64,000 nucleotides of DNA from Mobula hypostoma (taxonomy: Eukaryota). Below the pieces are notes generated by a model, which worked only from the letters and a program-made list of their open reading frames with translations, made no database searches and was not told the origin of the DNA. The stretch is from the NCBI RefSeq assembly GCF_963921235.1, contig NC_086107.1, forward strand, positions 104,224,001 through 104,288,000, read 5' to 3'. The translations under genes were made by a program, and so were the position numbers. Of the stretch, positions 34,501 through 49,500 are shown piece by piece. How positions within the stretch are numbered: position 1 is the first letter of the stretch; every line of letters starts with the position of its first letter.

Positions 34501-37500
34501 AAGCCCTCTCATTTGAAACTTTCTCGACCCAGCTGATCTTCAACATTCGTCGATAGCACCACATTTCAAAACCATTAATTTGTTTCATGTCATCCTTCTT
34601 CAGGGTCCATGTTTCTGATCCATACCTCAGCACTGACCATATGTAACACTCGAGGAAGCGGATTCTACTTTGAATGTCTACTTTCCGATTGCATAGTAGA
34701 TCTTTTAGCTTCATGAACTGGGTCTTAGCCATACCTATTCTCCTTCTGATCTCAACTTCACATCTCCCATCACCTGTCAGACAACTGCCAAGATATTCAA
34801 ACTTTCACACCTGTTCAATGTCTTGTCCATTCATTTGTAATGATACCGTCATGAATGAGTCTTTAGTGTTTGTTTTGCTTACCACCATCAATTTTGTTTT
34901 CTTAGGGTTGATTTTTAGTCCGTATTCAAGGCTTTTCTCATTCACTTTATTCGGCATAATTTGCAGTTCGCACTCACTGTCAGCTAACAACGCGGTGTCA
35001 TCCGCATACCTGATGTTATCCACCTTCCGGCCTCCGATTGGAATACCTGTCTCCTGATGGTCGCATTCCCAAAAAATCCATTCTCCATAGAGGTTGAACA
35101 AATCCAGCGAGCCAACACAGCCTTGCCTTACGCCTCGTTTAATACATGCCCATGGTGATAGCTCATTTTCTACCTTGACTGCCGCTTTGTGTTTCCAATA
35201 CAAATTCCTTATTATTTGCACATTCTTCCATCCCAGATCGTACCTGTTCAGCACTTCTATTACTTTCTCGTGTCTTACTTTATCAAAAGCCTTTTCATAG
35301 TCAATAAAGCGTAAGTAGATGGTCTTTTGTGCCTCAATGCATCTCTCCATGATGTTTCTCAAAGCAAATATTCCTTCCCTTGTTCCTGAGGCTTTACAAA
35401 AACCAAACTGTGTTTCTCCAGTTTCATCACTGATTGTACCTTTCATTCTGCCGAACACTATTTTCAACAGTAACTTGACGCAGTGAGACATTATGCTTAT
35501 TGTCCTGTGTTCGTTACATTTTATCGTCCTTGGCTTTTTTGGTAAGGTGATAAATACCGATTTGAGAAAGTCCTCTGGAAGATTTGGACTGGGTTCAATG
35601 AGAGCTAATTCCTTGAACTTTTCAGTAAAACCCTAATTACTACCTTAGTAGAGCAACACTAGGACCACTTTGATCACTTTGCACTAAAATGGACTTTGTT
35701 TTTTGTTGTAATTATGTTCTTTCTTGTAAAAGTCCTGGATAATTTATGTTTAATTTATCTTTTTACCTGTGAATGCTGCTTACAATTTGCTATGTGCCCA
35801 CGATGCTGCTAGAAATAAATTTTTCATTGCACCTGTGTGCATGTGTGCATATGGCTACATTTATGACTATGACTAACCTACTTTGCCCCTAGATTCTCCC
35901 CCGCACCTACACACTAGGAGTAATTCTTTGTTACAAATCAATCTGCTAACACACGTTTTTGAGAGTTGGGAGGAAACCAGAGACGGTAATAGGAAGGACA
36001 TGCAAACTCTACAGAGAAAGCGTCAGAGTAGCACAAACAGCTCAGGAACGAGAATGATAATAGCTGCACTCAGGATCGGTTGTGAGATTCCCGTTTTTTG
36101 AAATACAATTTAACTCAATATCCTGTTGACAATTTTTGAATATGGTAAAGAAGAAATAGCAATCAGATAGTTTTTTGTGTTTTACTCTGGAAAGGAAATG
36201 CATGTTAATATCAAAAGAAGGCAGAATTCTGCTTATCTCTGATGTTTGTCACCATGCATATTATTTGTGAATCAAAACTCCATGTGAAGTAAGAGAAGAA
36301 TGTAGTTATACTACTTTTAGAGAAGGAAACATTTATTTGTTGGAAATGATGTTTTTCCAATATCAGGGTTTAAAATTATTCACAAGCCTCAAAACAAAAC
36401 TTTTTATAATGGGACCTTTATTTAAAACTTGGGAAGTTTTTCCCTCAAAGGCAGTACCAGTCAGGGAAAGCAAAATCAAAAGCAGAAAAAATGTGAGTCT
36501 CTTCCTTAATGGGAAGTAGAAGGAATAGAAGTAGAACTTCTGAATACTATTAAAGCATCAGTAGATAGATAGGGATGAAAGTTTACCAGGATGTGAGCAG
36601 GAAAGTGGAATTGAGATTACAGTTAGATCACTACAATCTTATTGAATAGATTCAAGGGATTGGGTGGCCTACTCCTGCTCCTAACTCATGTGTTAAAAAG
36701 CAAAGTGCTGTGGATTGATTGAAAAAATAGTCAGGATTATAGACCAATTTAGCAATGGATTCATCTACACATACTGCAAGAAGAATATTTTTAATTATGC
36801 TCTCACTATTTTTTCCCCTGATCCATTGGATATTGTGTCTTTAGTCAGAAGAAGATGTGCAATTCTGTAGCATTTTTATACTCTTGGAATGTCCAAAGTG
36901 ATTTAAAACACAATTAAATGAATACAGCAGCCAATGTTATACTAAGGAATTTCCCACAAACGAGTGGAATCTAGAACACAGGGTATATGATGAAAGCAGA
37001 AACCTGTACTGAATCATGTTTCTACAGACGCTAGATTCAATGTATCCAATAAAATATTTATCACTATTGAAGAATTTACTAAGACTTGACTTTATTTTAC
37101 AAATAATTTTCACAAAACATATACTGTATTCAGTATACAGAGTTATAAATTATACAGCATGGTAACAGGCCATGGTGACCAAGTCTTGCTGAGTTAGTCC
37201 TATTTGCCTGCATTTGGGCCCATATTCCTCTAAACCAAGGATTCCCAACCTGGGGTCCACAGACCCCTTGTTTATTGGTGTTGTCCATGGTATAAAAAAG
37301 ATTGGGAACCCCTGCTCCAAACCTTTCCTTTTCATATACCTGCCTATATGATGTAATTGAACTCACATCTATCATTTTATTTGACAGCTTTTTCATTATA
37401 CCCACCACCTTCTGTGTGGAAAAACTTCTCTTCATACATTAAACTTGTGTCCTCTAAGATAATCTCTACCCTGGAAATAACAATGGGACAATCCACCTTA

Positions 37501-40500
37501 CCTATACTACTCTTGATTTTATAAACAGAAGGGCCTTTGAATGAACCTGTATGTGATCAGATGCTGTTACTGAAACTGCAGAACATGCACAGAAGTGGTT
37601 ACCTGCAAATCTTCTCAAAGTCCACATATACACACATACTGTTAAATGTGCTTGAAGTCACTTTTAGTTTCAAGAACTTGCTGGGAATCATAAAAATACA
37701 AAATACTGAAAATTTTAAAAAACTAAATGTTGGAAATGTGAAATAGAGGAAAAAAATGATTGGAACTCTGGACAGGTCACACAGCAAAAAAAGGGGAGAA
37801 ATTCAGCAAGAGTGGAATTTTTAGAAGGGAGCTTGATGGCAGTGATAAGAAATGAAATAACGTCCTGGTTAAAAAATATTTGGTGCTACCAAGATAGCTC
37901 AGTAAATAAACATGATGCAAAATGTACTACTATGCCATATATAATGTTGGAAAGTCTGCAACAATGTCTGTCAAAGAGAGAGCATTGTAGGACTGAACAT
38001 AATAAGATGTAATAGATATAAAGCAAAAAATGCATAAGATTCACATTGCTGAAACAAGAGGTTGATATTATTTAAAATGCTTTTGAATCTTTTTGGGACA
38101 TTGTAAGAAATCATGAAAGCTCTCAAAATTCAAATCTTCCTTCTGATTAAAGTAGCAGCTGTTGGGTGAAATGGAAAGGGAATAAAGTCAATAGGAAAGA
38201 ACAGTGAAAAATATTCTTACAGTATGTGTAAATAAAGACACTATTATATTACTCCATAATCCTGGTTATTTTACTTGTGAATTTCAAGCATTTTACATTT
38301 CCAGCTGTTGGTTCACATTTATTCCAATACAAAGCTTAGTTCATTAAACATCACTGTGGTTTCTTTCTCCTCATTGTAATAGGCATATTGCTAAAATGTA
38401 TGAATAATCACTAGTATTTTATGTTTATAGGATTTTACTTCCAGGACTTGAGGAGAGATTTTTGCCTGAAGATCTTTGTGATACTTTGCTGGATCATCTA
38501 AAGAAGATTGCTTATAGTCGTAAGATATTTACTTCTGCTTGAGTATAATGATACCTTATTTTTGTGTATTTAGTACTGAAAACAAAAGGACTATTGAGAT
38601 AAGATTGGTCTTCACTGAAAGCATCTTATTAGCAACAGTTAATCATCAGCCTGTTTATGGGCCAAGTATACAATGTTGAGTTGTTTTTATAAGAAGCAGC
38701 AGCAGTTTACACTTAAACCCAAAAGTAAATTCTGCCTTTGGGGTCTTTGAAGATGCAGTTTACCTTATTTCAGTTTGACATAACTATATTTGTGAATCGC
38801 AGCCGTATAATCTTGGAGTCAAAGGTTAGTTGGAAATCAACTCTTCTTTAAAGTAACACACATCAAAGTTGCTGGTGAATGCAGCAGGCCAGGCAGCATC
38901 TCTAGGAAGAGGTACAGTTGACGTTTCGGGCCGAGACCCTTCGTCAGGACTAACTGAAGGAAAAGCTAGTAAGAGATTTGAAAGTGGGAGGGGGAGGGGA
39001 AGATCCAAAATGATAGGAGAAGACAGGAGGGGGAGGGATGGAGCCAAGAGCTGGACATGTGATTGGCAAAAGGGATATGAGAGGATCATGGGACAGGAGG
39101 CAGAGAAAGCAGGATCTCCCAGTGGCCACACATTTTAATTCCATATCCCATTCCCATTCTGATATGTCTATCCACGGCCTCCTCTACTGTAAAGATGAAG
39201 CCACACTCAGGTTGGAGGAACAACACCTTATATTCCATCTGGGTAGCCTCCAACCTGATGGCATGAACGTTGACTTCTCTAACTTCCGCTAATGCCCCAC
39301 CTCCCCCTCGTACCCCATCCATTATTTATATACACACATTCTTTCTCTCTCTCTCTCCTTTTTCCTCCCTCTGTCCCTCTGACTATACCCCTTGCCCATC
39401 CTCTGGGCTTCCCGTTGTGTCTTTCTCCCTGGGCCTCCTGTCCCATGATCTTCTCATATCCCTTTTGCCAATCACCTGTCCAGCTCTTGGTTCCATCCCT
39501 CCCCCTCCTGTCTTCTCCTATCATTTTGGATCTCCCCCTCCCCCTCCCACTTTCAGATCTCTTACTAGCTCTTCCTTCAGTTAGTCCTGACGAAGGGTCT
39601 CGGCCCGAAACGTCAACTGTACCTCTTCCTAGAGATGCTGCCTGGCCTGCTGCGTTCACCAGCAACTTTGATGTGTCTTGCTTGAATTTCCAGCATCTGC
39701 AGAATTCCTCGTGTCTTCTTTAAAGTACTTTCCTTACCTAGTTGAAATATCCATGTTTAATACAATGGATATTTCTAATTGGGACCTTTGATCTACAGCG
39801 GTGCTCAAAAACTGCAGTTCTGCATCATGACAATAAAACCAGGGGAGAAAAGGAACAGAACTGCTTTAAGGATTCGAAGTTTTGATAAGCTCTCCTTTCA
39901 TTCTTTTAAGGGCTTGACAAGAGAGATGTAGGGAGGATGCTTCCCCAGCTGAAAAGGCATGAATCTGTGTGCACTTTTTGAAATTAAAGGGTCAATATTT
40001 AGGATGGGCCTTTAGAATTCTCTGCGATGGAGGCCTGTGGAGGCTTGATTGTGTTTAGTCAATCGAGTAATATAGGAGTTGTGCTGGAAAATATTGTTGC
40101 AGTAGAAAATCATCTTAATAAATGGTAGAGCAGGCGTAAGTTACCAGATGGCATTTTCTGTCTGTTATTTCCAATGTTTAATCAGATGATTCATTAACTG
40201 TGATAAGTTTTAATGTACAGTATGATATTGGAAACAAAGCACTGGAAATTCTTTATTGTGTTCTTCTTCCAGAAATATTTGCCAATGTCATCTGTTTGGA
40301 TGTGAATACTGTGAGGCAGTACATTTGGAAAGCTCTTCCAGAGGCCTGGAGTGGAACATTAGGTCCCGTAACATGGGATATTTTAAATAGGCAGCACCCA
40401 CCAGTGCATTGGCTTGCAGAATTTTGGAATTTCTTGAATAACAATTGTAAAACATTGGATAAGTTTGAAGGATTACCACTCATACCACTCAACTCACTAA

Positions 40501-43500
40501 AAGATTGTGCAAACAGTATTCAGCTAGCATATTTGTCAAAAAACATCACCACAATATTTCAAATGCAAACTGGTTACAATTTACCAGGTACAATTGCAAG
40601 TATAATTTCAAGAGCTGGGGGCAGCATAGTTCAGAGCACTGATGAATTTCTAAAGCATCAGCAGTTATCTGAGTATGTGTTTTTACCCAGTCCAAATAAT
40701 GTCTTAAAGGTTTTTTTGAATCTGGGTTGTGATCAGGTAGTAAAAGAGATTGACTGTATGTCAACCGAAGACAGAAGATCTTTGAGAAGTTTTCTTGCAG
40801 AAGCATCCATTTTTGAGACTGATGAGATAAATATGTTATTCAAGTTACCAATCTTTCAACAGATGACTTCCCTTAGGCCGTCAGACAAAGGGTTTATCAC
40901 AGCTGGACCACATGGAGCCCTGAGTAATGATGTCTACCCTGAGATCCCAGATGATGTGCCTCTACCAGAAACTGTACTTAAATGTGTAGATGAAAATGAC
41001 AGGAAACTGCTGCTGATGAAAGGAAAATTACTGACAGCAGCAGATGTTGCTTTGCTCATGTTGAAGGGGGTAGAAACCCAAAAGTACGAGCCTGAGCAAA
41101 TTGAAAAGGTAATGCTCTGGATTCTAAAACATAGTGAGATACTTTTTAAACAGAAACCAGAATTATTCAACAAATGTAAAACACTTAAATTTTTAACATC
41201 AAAGGACAAGGTTGTACCAGCTTCTTCTTTATTTGATCCAAATAATGTGGCGTTTCAGCATCTCTTTCAGACAGAGTATCAGCACTTTTTTCCGCCCCCA
41301 CTTTATTGTAAGGATGAGAAAATTTTGCAGGCATTACAAAAACTGGGGCTGAAATCAGAAGAAGAGAATATTTCACCAGAAGACATTATAAAAGTTGCAC
41401 AATTGATAGATAAACAACACAGCCATACTAGTGACATTGACAGTCTTTGTAAAAAAGCAGACGTTTTAATTCAATTGTGTAATACAACTTCAGTTTTGGC
41501 TATTTGTTCATATCAAACCATTGAACAATTACGCTGTTTGCAGTGGGTGCCCTGTAACACTTGTCCAAAAACACTGACAGAACATAAGAAAGTAAAGATT
41601 AATTTTTATAAGCTTGAAAATGTAAGAGATTTGAAATACGCTAACATCGTGGGGCTAGTGATGCCACTTACTGACAAGTTCATTGAGAAGGCAGGCAAAA
41701 TCCTGGGGCTACTGAACTTACCACCAGCTGAAAAGGTGGTTGAAAACTTCCTACTAATGGTTAACCAGATATCCAACTCTAGTAACACTCGTCGTAATTT
41801 TCTGGCAGATTTGCAAAACATCTATGAACACATGCAAAAAAACCTTAGTCAATTTAAACCACTTCTCCTGACTATAGAGCTGCCATGGGTATGGAATGGG
41901 GCTGGGTTTACACATCCTTACAATATTGTTTTCTCCTATCCTGAAGATTTGGATCTCAGTTGTTATGTAAAAAAAATCCCACAGGAAATCGCTCAGTATA
42001 GAGAGTTACTACTTGAATGCGGGGTGAAAAATGGTTACAGCAGCAATGAAGTTATTCAGATACTGTATAAGATAAGAGATAATGCAGTTAAAATGAACAC
42101 TGGCTGTGGTAGCCCAAGTGAATTGAAGACCGTTATTTCCATACTGGATTGGATGCGCAGAAATAACTTTTCACCCAAGAGTGACCTTCCTGTCCCTGTG
42201 CGGAAAGGTACCCAAGATGGATTCTGCTTGAAACCATGTTCCAAAGCTGTTCTGTGTGATTTAGATAAGGGAACAATGGAGGCTTTTAATAAATGTGATG
42301 AAAATATTCATATTCTTCATAAAGATATAAGCATCGCCATTATTGAATGGCTTAATGTGCCCCCTTTAAGCAGCAAAATGCTGCAACCTGAATTAATTGG
42401 AATTGAGCAATATGGACAAGTAGAACCCATTGTACTGAGAATTAAGAACATTTTGAAAGAATATGATCAAGAACATGACCTGTTCAAAGAGATGCTTCAA
42501 AATGCTGAAGATGCTGGTTCTACAGTCTGTAGTTTCCTAGTAGACATGAGACAACACAAAGATTCACCTGAAAGTCTAATTGATCCTGGTATGGCTTCAT
42601 GTCACGGACCAGCACTCTGGTCATACAATAATGAGTGTTTCACTGATGAAGATTTCCACAATATAACTAGAATTGGGACAGCTTCCAAAGAAAAACAGGT
42701 TGATAAGATTGGAAAATTTGGACTTGGATTTAATTCTGTTTATCACATAACTGATGTCCCATCCATCCTCAGTGGAAAATATTTGCTTATTTTTGACCCA
42801 AATGTTACTCATCTTAAGAAATATATTCATTCTGTAACTAACCCTGGAATAAAACTTAATCTGTATGAACATAGACGATTAATTCAAAAATTTCCTGGAC
42901 AGTTTAACCCCTACAATGGAATATTTGGATGTAATTTTAAGATTTCCACTGGGGAAAATTTTTACTATGAAGGAACCCTCATTAAGTTGCCCTTTAGGAC
43001 TCCAGAGGAGGCTGCAGTGTCAGGGATCTCCAGCAAGTATTATAATCAGAAACACATCATGGCCTTGGTGGATAGTTTCAAGCAGACATCAAAAGATCTC
43101 ATCATATTCTTAAAGAATGTAAGAAAAGTTTCTCTAAAGTTCATTAGTGAGCATTCAGTTCATGAAAACCAGTTAATCTCTGTATTCAAAATGGAACGGC
43201 AAATACTTAACATAATTGAGATGGCAGATAATTTCCCACTGAAGAAAATGCAAGAAAACGCTATAAGCATATTGGAAAGCACAAATAAATTTTCCAGAAA
43301 AATCAGAAGTCTAAGAATTTCAACTATTATACAGGTTACAGAAGAAACAATAGATAATCCCAGTCATAGAAAATATTGGTTAGTTCATACATGTTTTGGA
43401 ATGGCAAAAGCCTTGCAGTTTTCATGCAGTAAAGCAACAAATACTTATTTTGCCCCTCCTCTTGGAAGCGTGGCCATTCCACTCAAAAAGAAGAAAGAAA

Positions 43501-46500
43501 CAGGACACTGGACTCCGAACACAGAAGCTCAGGTGGGGCAAGTGTTCTGTTTTCTGCCTCTTTCCCTTCAGTGTGGTCTTCCTGTTCATATTAATGGAAC
43601 GTTTGCTGTCACATCGAATAGGAAGAATCTTTGGAGCTCTGGACTAAAAGGAGAATGGAATCAAGTTCTTTTGGAAGATGCAGTTTCTGCAGCTTACATC
43701 ACATCTATTTCACTCATGCAGCAAATGTCTCAGAAAGGAGAATTTGAAGATTATGATTACTACACATTTTGGCCTAATGTGAAAAATGTGGATAACCAAT
43801 TTAGAGTTATTGTGGAAAATTTCTACCGAGCAATTGCACACGGAATCAATGGTGTTAGAGTCAAAGCATTCAGCAATGGACAAGGCTGGTGCACAATAAA
43901 CCATGCTCGTTTTTTGGATTCTTCCATTGTTGAAAACAAAAGGGTCGGAGAGATTGCAATTACTGAATTTTCCAAATACCTATCAAAGCCCTTAATTTCA
44001 GTTATGTTACCAGATTGGGTTAGGCACGGTTTCGTTGCCAGTGGATTTGGGCATTTGATTGAACAAAACACATATACTTGGGAATCATTTTACAAGGAAA
44101 TTGTATTTCAGAACTTAACTACACTAAGTCCCATTACCAGAAATATCTTTATTATTTATGCAATTGATATGAGAGATACATATATTGATGAGATGCTAGT
44201 GACAAGACCTTGTATTCCATCTAGCGGGAAGAGAGGCCTCCAATACATTAAAAATCTTGTGCATCCAGAGGGCAAAGTTGCTTGTCTTTATGATGAAGAA
44301 GAAGGACGGTTTCCCCTAGGACATACTAAGGATTTTCTCCATCCTGAGAGATTGTTAAGATTGGAAATGCTTGGGATGGTAAAAGACAGAATTGCTTTCC
44401 TTGATTTAATTGAAAGAGCAGAGACAATTGAGAAAATATGGCCCCTTGAGAGGAACAAAGCATATCAACGAGTTCGCCATATTTTGGATTTGCTCAAAGA
44501 TTTGAATAAACTCAGCAATGAAGACCAACAAAGTTTACAGAGTATTTCATTCCTCCCAGCTTTTCTCCCACATAGTTGGGAAAAAGATAATACTTTAGAT
44601 GCCGTAGTTTTACAGAAAGCAAAGGATGTGTACAGTTGCAAGTACTATGCACTAGTAAGTATGATGGAAATGGTTTTAGACAAAGAGCTGTTGAAAGGGA
44701 TCAAACTGTCTGCAGAAGCAATTTCTTATCTAGGTTTGAACAAACAACCACCTGTTGAGATTGTGTTAGAACAACTAAAGCAGGCATATGTGCGTAATAG
44801 TCTAACAATTAATGAACTGAAACGATTAACTAAGGAATGCTACTTCTACTTGAATAAACAGTTAAAGGGAGATTCAGAATTAAAAAACACAATCTTCAGT
44901 GCTGCTCAAGAATTTCCTTTCATTTTAGTACATGGACAGTTTGTCCCTGTTGAGTTGGTTGCTTGTAAGGTTTCATTTGATGCTGCTCCATACTTATATG
45001 AACTTCCTAAAGAATACATAGAGTGCGAGGAATTATGGAAGTGCCTAGAGATCAAGGAACATTTTAAACTGCAAGACTATGTCTCTGTTCTGACAAGAAT
45101 GTCAGAAAAATACAGTGGGACAAGGCTCTCTGATAATGATCTTGCTGTGTGTCTTAGAATTGTAACTACAGGATTTACAGAGGCCTCAGAACAGGAAGAT
45201 ATCTTGCAGAATGTTCTCCTGCCTAATCAACATTGTGTCCTTCATTCTGCTCAAACATTACAGTACAATGATACACCATGGCTTGTCGTTGGAGATGACG
45301 TCAATCTCTGCCACAATCAGATTGCTAGAGAAACAGCTATCCGTTTCCACGTTCAGACAACAAAACACCGTGCAATGAAAAACCTTGAAGTCAAAGATTT
45401 GTCGTTATGGGCACAAGAATTTGGCCAGCAGGAAAAATTGACAGTCCGTTTAAAAAATATCATAAAGGCTTATCCATCCAAGAAAGATATACTGAAGGAG
45501 TTGATTCAGAATGCAGATGATGCTGAGGCCTCAGAAATCCATTTTATTTGGGATCCCAGAAAGCATGGCAACACAAAGACCTTTGGTGAGGAATGGAATG
45601 CACTTCAGGGACCTGCGTTGTGTGTTTACAATAACAAGAAGTTCACTGACAAAGACATTGAAGGTATACAACAGCTTGGAGAAGGAGGAAAGCGTAACAG
45701 CCCAGAGAAAACTGGAAAATATGGGCTTGGTTTTAATTCAGTGTATCACTTGACGGACTGTCCTTCTTTTATATCAGGTGACAGCATGCTGTGCATCTTT
45801 GATCCACATTTAGCTGTGCTGGCCACAGCAAAGCCACATTCCCCAGGAGGTATGTTTACAGTCAATCAGAAATTTAAAAATACATTTGAAGATGTTTATA
45901 CTACTTTTCTCCCTACCTTCTTCAATCTCGAATTGGGTACCATGTTTCGGTTGCCAGTGAGAACAGCAGAGATGGCGGAAAAATCTGATATCTCAAAGCA
46001 AGCAGTCACAAAGGATGTAATTCTAGAATTGCTGGAAGTATTGAAAGAAGATTCTGATAGTCTCCTTTTGTTTTTAAATAATATTAAGAAAATCAGTTTT
46101 CATAAAGTGGAAAAGAAAACAAGTGACCTGCATGAAATCTTTACTGCAGAAGTAGAAATGTCACTCGAAAGCATTGCCAAACAGGAACACCTGAAGCATT
46201 ATATCCAGAAGTGTTCAAATTACAAGGCTGTAGTATCCAAAATGGAATTTCACCAAGTGATATATGAAATGGAGATTCAATCTTCGGTCAAAAATCCAAC
46301 CAGATGGATTTTGGCAAATCAAGTGGGTGTTCATGAAGCAGGATTAACTGAGTCAGTGCAGAGCTTTTGTTCAAAACTGGGCCATCTATTTTTGCCCCGG
46401 AGCTCTGTTGCTGCCTGTATTAACTGCAGTAACTTTCAAGGTAAAGCCTTTTGCTTCTTGCCTTTGCCCATAGAAACTGGTCTGCCCGTACACATCAATG

Positions 46501-49500
46501 GAAACTTTGCTGTTGACTTTGCCAGGCGAGATCTTTGGAAACAAGATGGCCAAAGTGGAAAGATGAAATGGAACAACTTTTTAAAATTACACTTGATTGC
46601 ACCTTTGTACGCAGATTTACTTGATTACATTCGGATACATTTACTTGGTAATAGAGTAGGTCCACTAAAATCTGACAGTTTGGAATTATGCCTCAACGTC
46701 ATTGAACCCAGTTATCTATGCTTCTTCCCCCATGTCTCTGAAGAAGTTCCTCAAGAATGGCAGTTAATGATAAATCAAGTTTACAAATGCATATATCAAA
46801 AAAGCCTTTGTCTGATCCCAATAGCCAAACATGAAAGTAATAAGTTTCGTAATGAGAAGAACATTATTAATATTTTTTGGTCCAGCTTGAGCAAGGAAAA
46901 GAGAGATGAAGTTCCTCATTTTGTAACTACTCACATCACAGTGAAACTGATAGAAATTTTGGAGGATATTGGTATGAATTTAGTCTTACAATCTAACTTT
47001 ATGTACAAAGTTTTGAAGAGTTTAGAAAGAGCTTGTTTGGAGGTTTCTCTTTTAAACCCAGGAGCAGTCAGGAAGTTTCTTCAAATCCATCCACTGAACA
47101 ATACAGAGGTAACAAACAGTAACTACCCATTCCCACTCAGTGAATCCTTGATTAAAGATGGTGCTAGATGCATGACTCTTTTAGACTACTGTCTCTCTGA
47201 TGTCAAGGAAGGAAATTATAATGTTATAAATCACTTACCTTTATTGATCACACAAGATTATATGCTGGGAAAATTTAAACGAACCTCTCCCAAATATATT
47301 ACTAAATTCCATGATTTATTTCCAGAATTTCAGCCACACTTTGCAAACTATGATGTCAACAAAAGATACAAGGATCTTCTTATTACAGCTCTTTATTTAG
47401 AAGATTTTACTATTTCAAGAGCAGAGCAATTTATCCGAAACAAACTTGGATATAGATTTCAGATTAATTCTACAGACCCACATTCATGGCTAAAGTTTAC
47501 TGAAAATGAACAGTATTCAGAGTGGCTGAAGAAATTGTGGAAATATTTTGAGAGCCAGGTAAAATATGATGATGATACTGAGAACACATTTAATAATCTC
47601 AAATTAATATTCTCAGACCTTGCAATATTACCTGTAGTATGTCCAATTTATCATGACCAGTGCCTACTTGCACCTGTGGGATCATTAAATAGTGTTATTT
47701 GTGAAATGACACAAACAAGCATAGCACAAATTCTGTTAAAACTTGGGTTTGCTAAAATTGCTGCTGATTACTTTTCTATGAAAGTACTATTTAATTGCGT
47801 TAGACCTCACTCATTAAGGACTGATGACAAAGCCTCCATTTTACAACATCTGCGTTTGACAAAATTAAAGTGGAATAACTTAAGTGAGTGGGAAATTGAA
47901 ACTATTTTGAGGTTCCTTCATTCTGGAATGCAGACAAGTGATGATAGACATAACTATCAGGACCAGCTAAAAACTCTTCCACTTTTTGAAACAATGGAAG
48001 GGAGTTTTGAGAATATTGAAATGTACAATGTGATTTACATTCTAAATACACAATTCATTAATACATTTCCACACTTATATAAATTAGACAGCTCATGTAT
48101 ATTTTTGAAAAAAACGAGGATAAACATTGAGGTGTCAGAAGATTTGGGGATACGGATAATTGATGATTTGCAATTCTTCATGGATTATATCCTTCCTAAT
48201 ATTGAACAAATATTTAATGATCAAAAGCTGGATGTCATACGTCTCTTGTATAATATCATCTGTTGTTATAGTGCAGAGTATGACCTGAAGAAAGAAAAGA
48301 TTGTGTCTAATCTCAGAAACATAAAACTTATCAAAGCCAACAGTGGAATATTTCAAAAAGTTTCTTATTTCTATGAGAAGAGAGAACCATTATTTAAAAT
48401 TATGATTCCTACAGAAAAGTTTGTTCCTGAGAACTTTTTGAAAGATATGGGATGCTATTATGATGATTCCAATTTGAACAAATTGCTGAAGGATCTGGGA
48501 ATAAAGTGTTCTGTTTCTTCAGATGATTTTATTGCTTTTGCATTGCAAGTTTCAGAAGAGGTGAACCTGCATGCTCCTTTGAAAGAACTAATTGAAAAAA
48601 GTGATGCTTTAATCACCTACTTCAGTAATGTTGCTGAGGAGAACCTTCAAAAGAATTTTTATGAAAAAGTGGCAGATATTAAATTTGTCTATCCACACAG
48701 AGTTCGAGAGTGTTTACGTAACTTGCATCCCCCTTTTGCAGAAGGGAGGCATTTTGTTGCTTTTAGGGACTCATTGGTGAAACAACGGGAGGAAGATGAG
48801 GAACTGGTTTGGGCTTCCATGCCCATATTACCATCAAAGTGTACACTCTCAAGAAATATGAGCAGACTAAAAGCTACTGGTGCTGTTTATGTTCCTCCAG
48901 AGTCTGTAGTCATAACAAACCTTAGAAAAGTTTGCTTAGCCCCCTGCAAAAATTGTAGTGCCTTAAAAACCAGATCCAGAGTGCTTCAGACTGCTTATGG
49001 CTTTCTTCAGAATCATTCATTTAATGTGTTGCCTCTGATTGATCTTCCAATTGTTCTTGTAGAAGAAGACACTCTGCTAATAAAAATCAGCCAGGTGGTG
49101 TTCTCATTACAAAATTACAATGATTTTCATCCTTATTTGTACCGGCTCCCCCCAGTGCTTGCTCCATATCATGAGTTCTTCCAGAAGCTGGGGGTCGCTC
49201 TGGAACCATCAGCTTGTCACCTTGTTCAGATACTCCGGTCTCTCTATGAAGCCACCAGCAAAGTGAGTGGCTTAAATCCAAACCAAATGATCACCGTCAA
49301 ACGGACCTTGTATCATCTGTTTACACTTTTGGAGTCTAGAACAGAGGAACGAGCTGTTGAGAAACTAAAGCAGTTATACCTCCCAGCAAGTGATGGTGTT
49401 ATGTACCCATCCAATACATTATGTTTTAACGATAGGATTAGTACAGGTTCCAGAAGAGATGTCAGTGTTTTAAATGGAAAGTTTAATTTTCTTCTAGATC

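Larger units (their letters stand above)
38856..39713 (+). mobile_element. Young Penelope-like insertion: ~245-bp inverted arms around a GIY-YIG C-terminal fragment; 14-bp TSD
   Basis: Arms ~38858-39101 and ~39433-39676 are near-perfect reverse complements; TCTTCTTTAAAGTA at 38842-38855 and 39714-39727. Confidence 0.9.

Noticed and set aside
40200..40272. ORF-track start of the 3692-aa ORF (GTG) as a stand-alone intronless gene
   Set aside because: This is intron read-through. A good acceptor at 40272 joins the upstream exons in frame, and SIRPT1 lies upstream.
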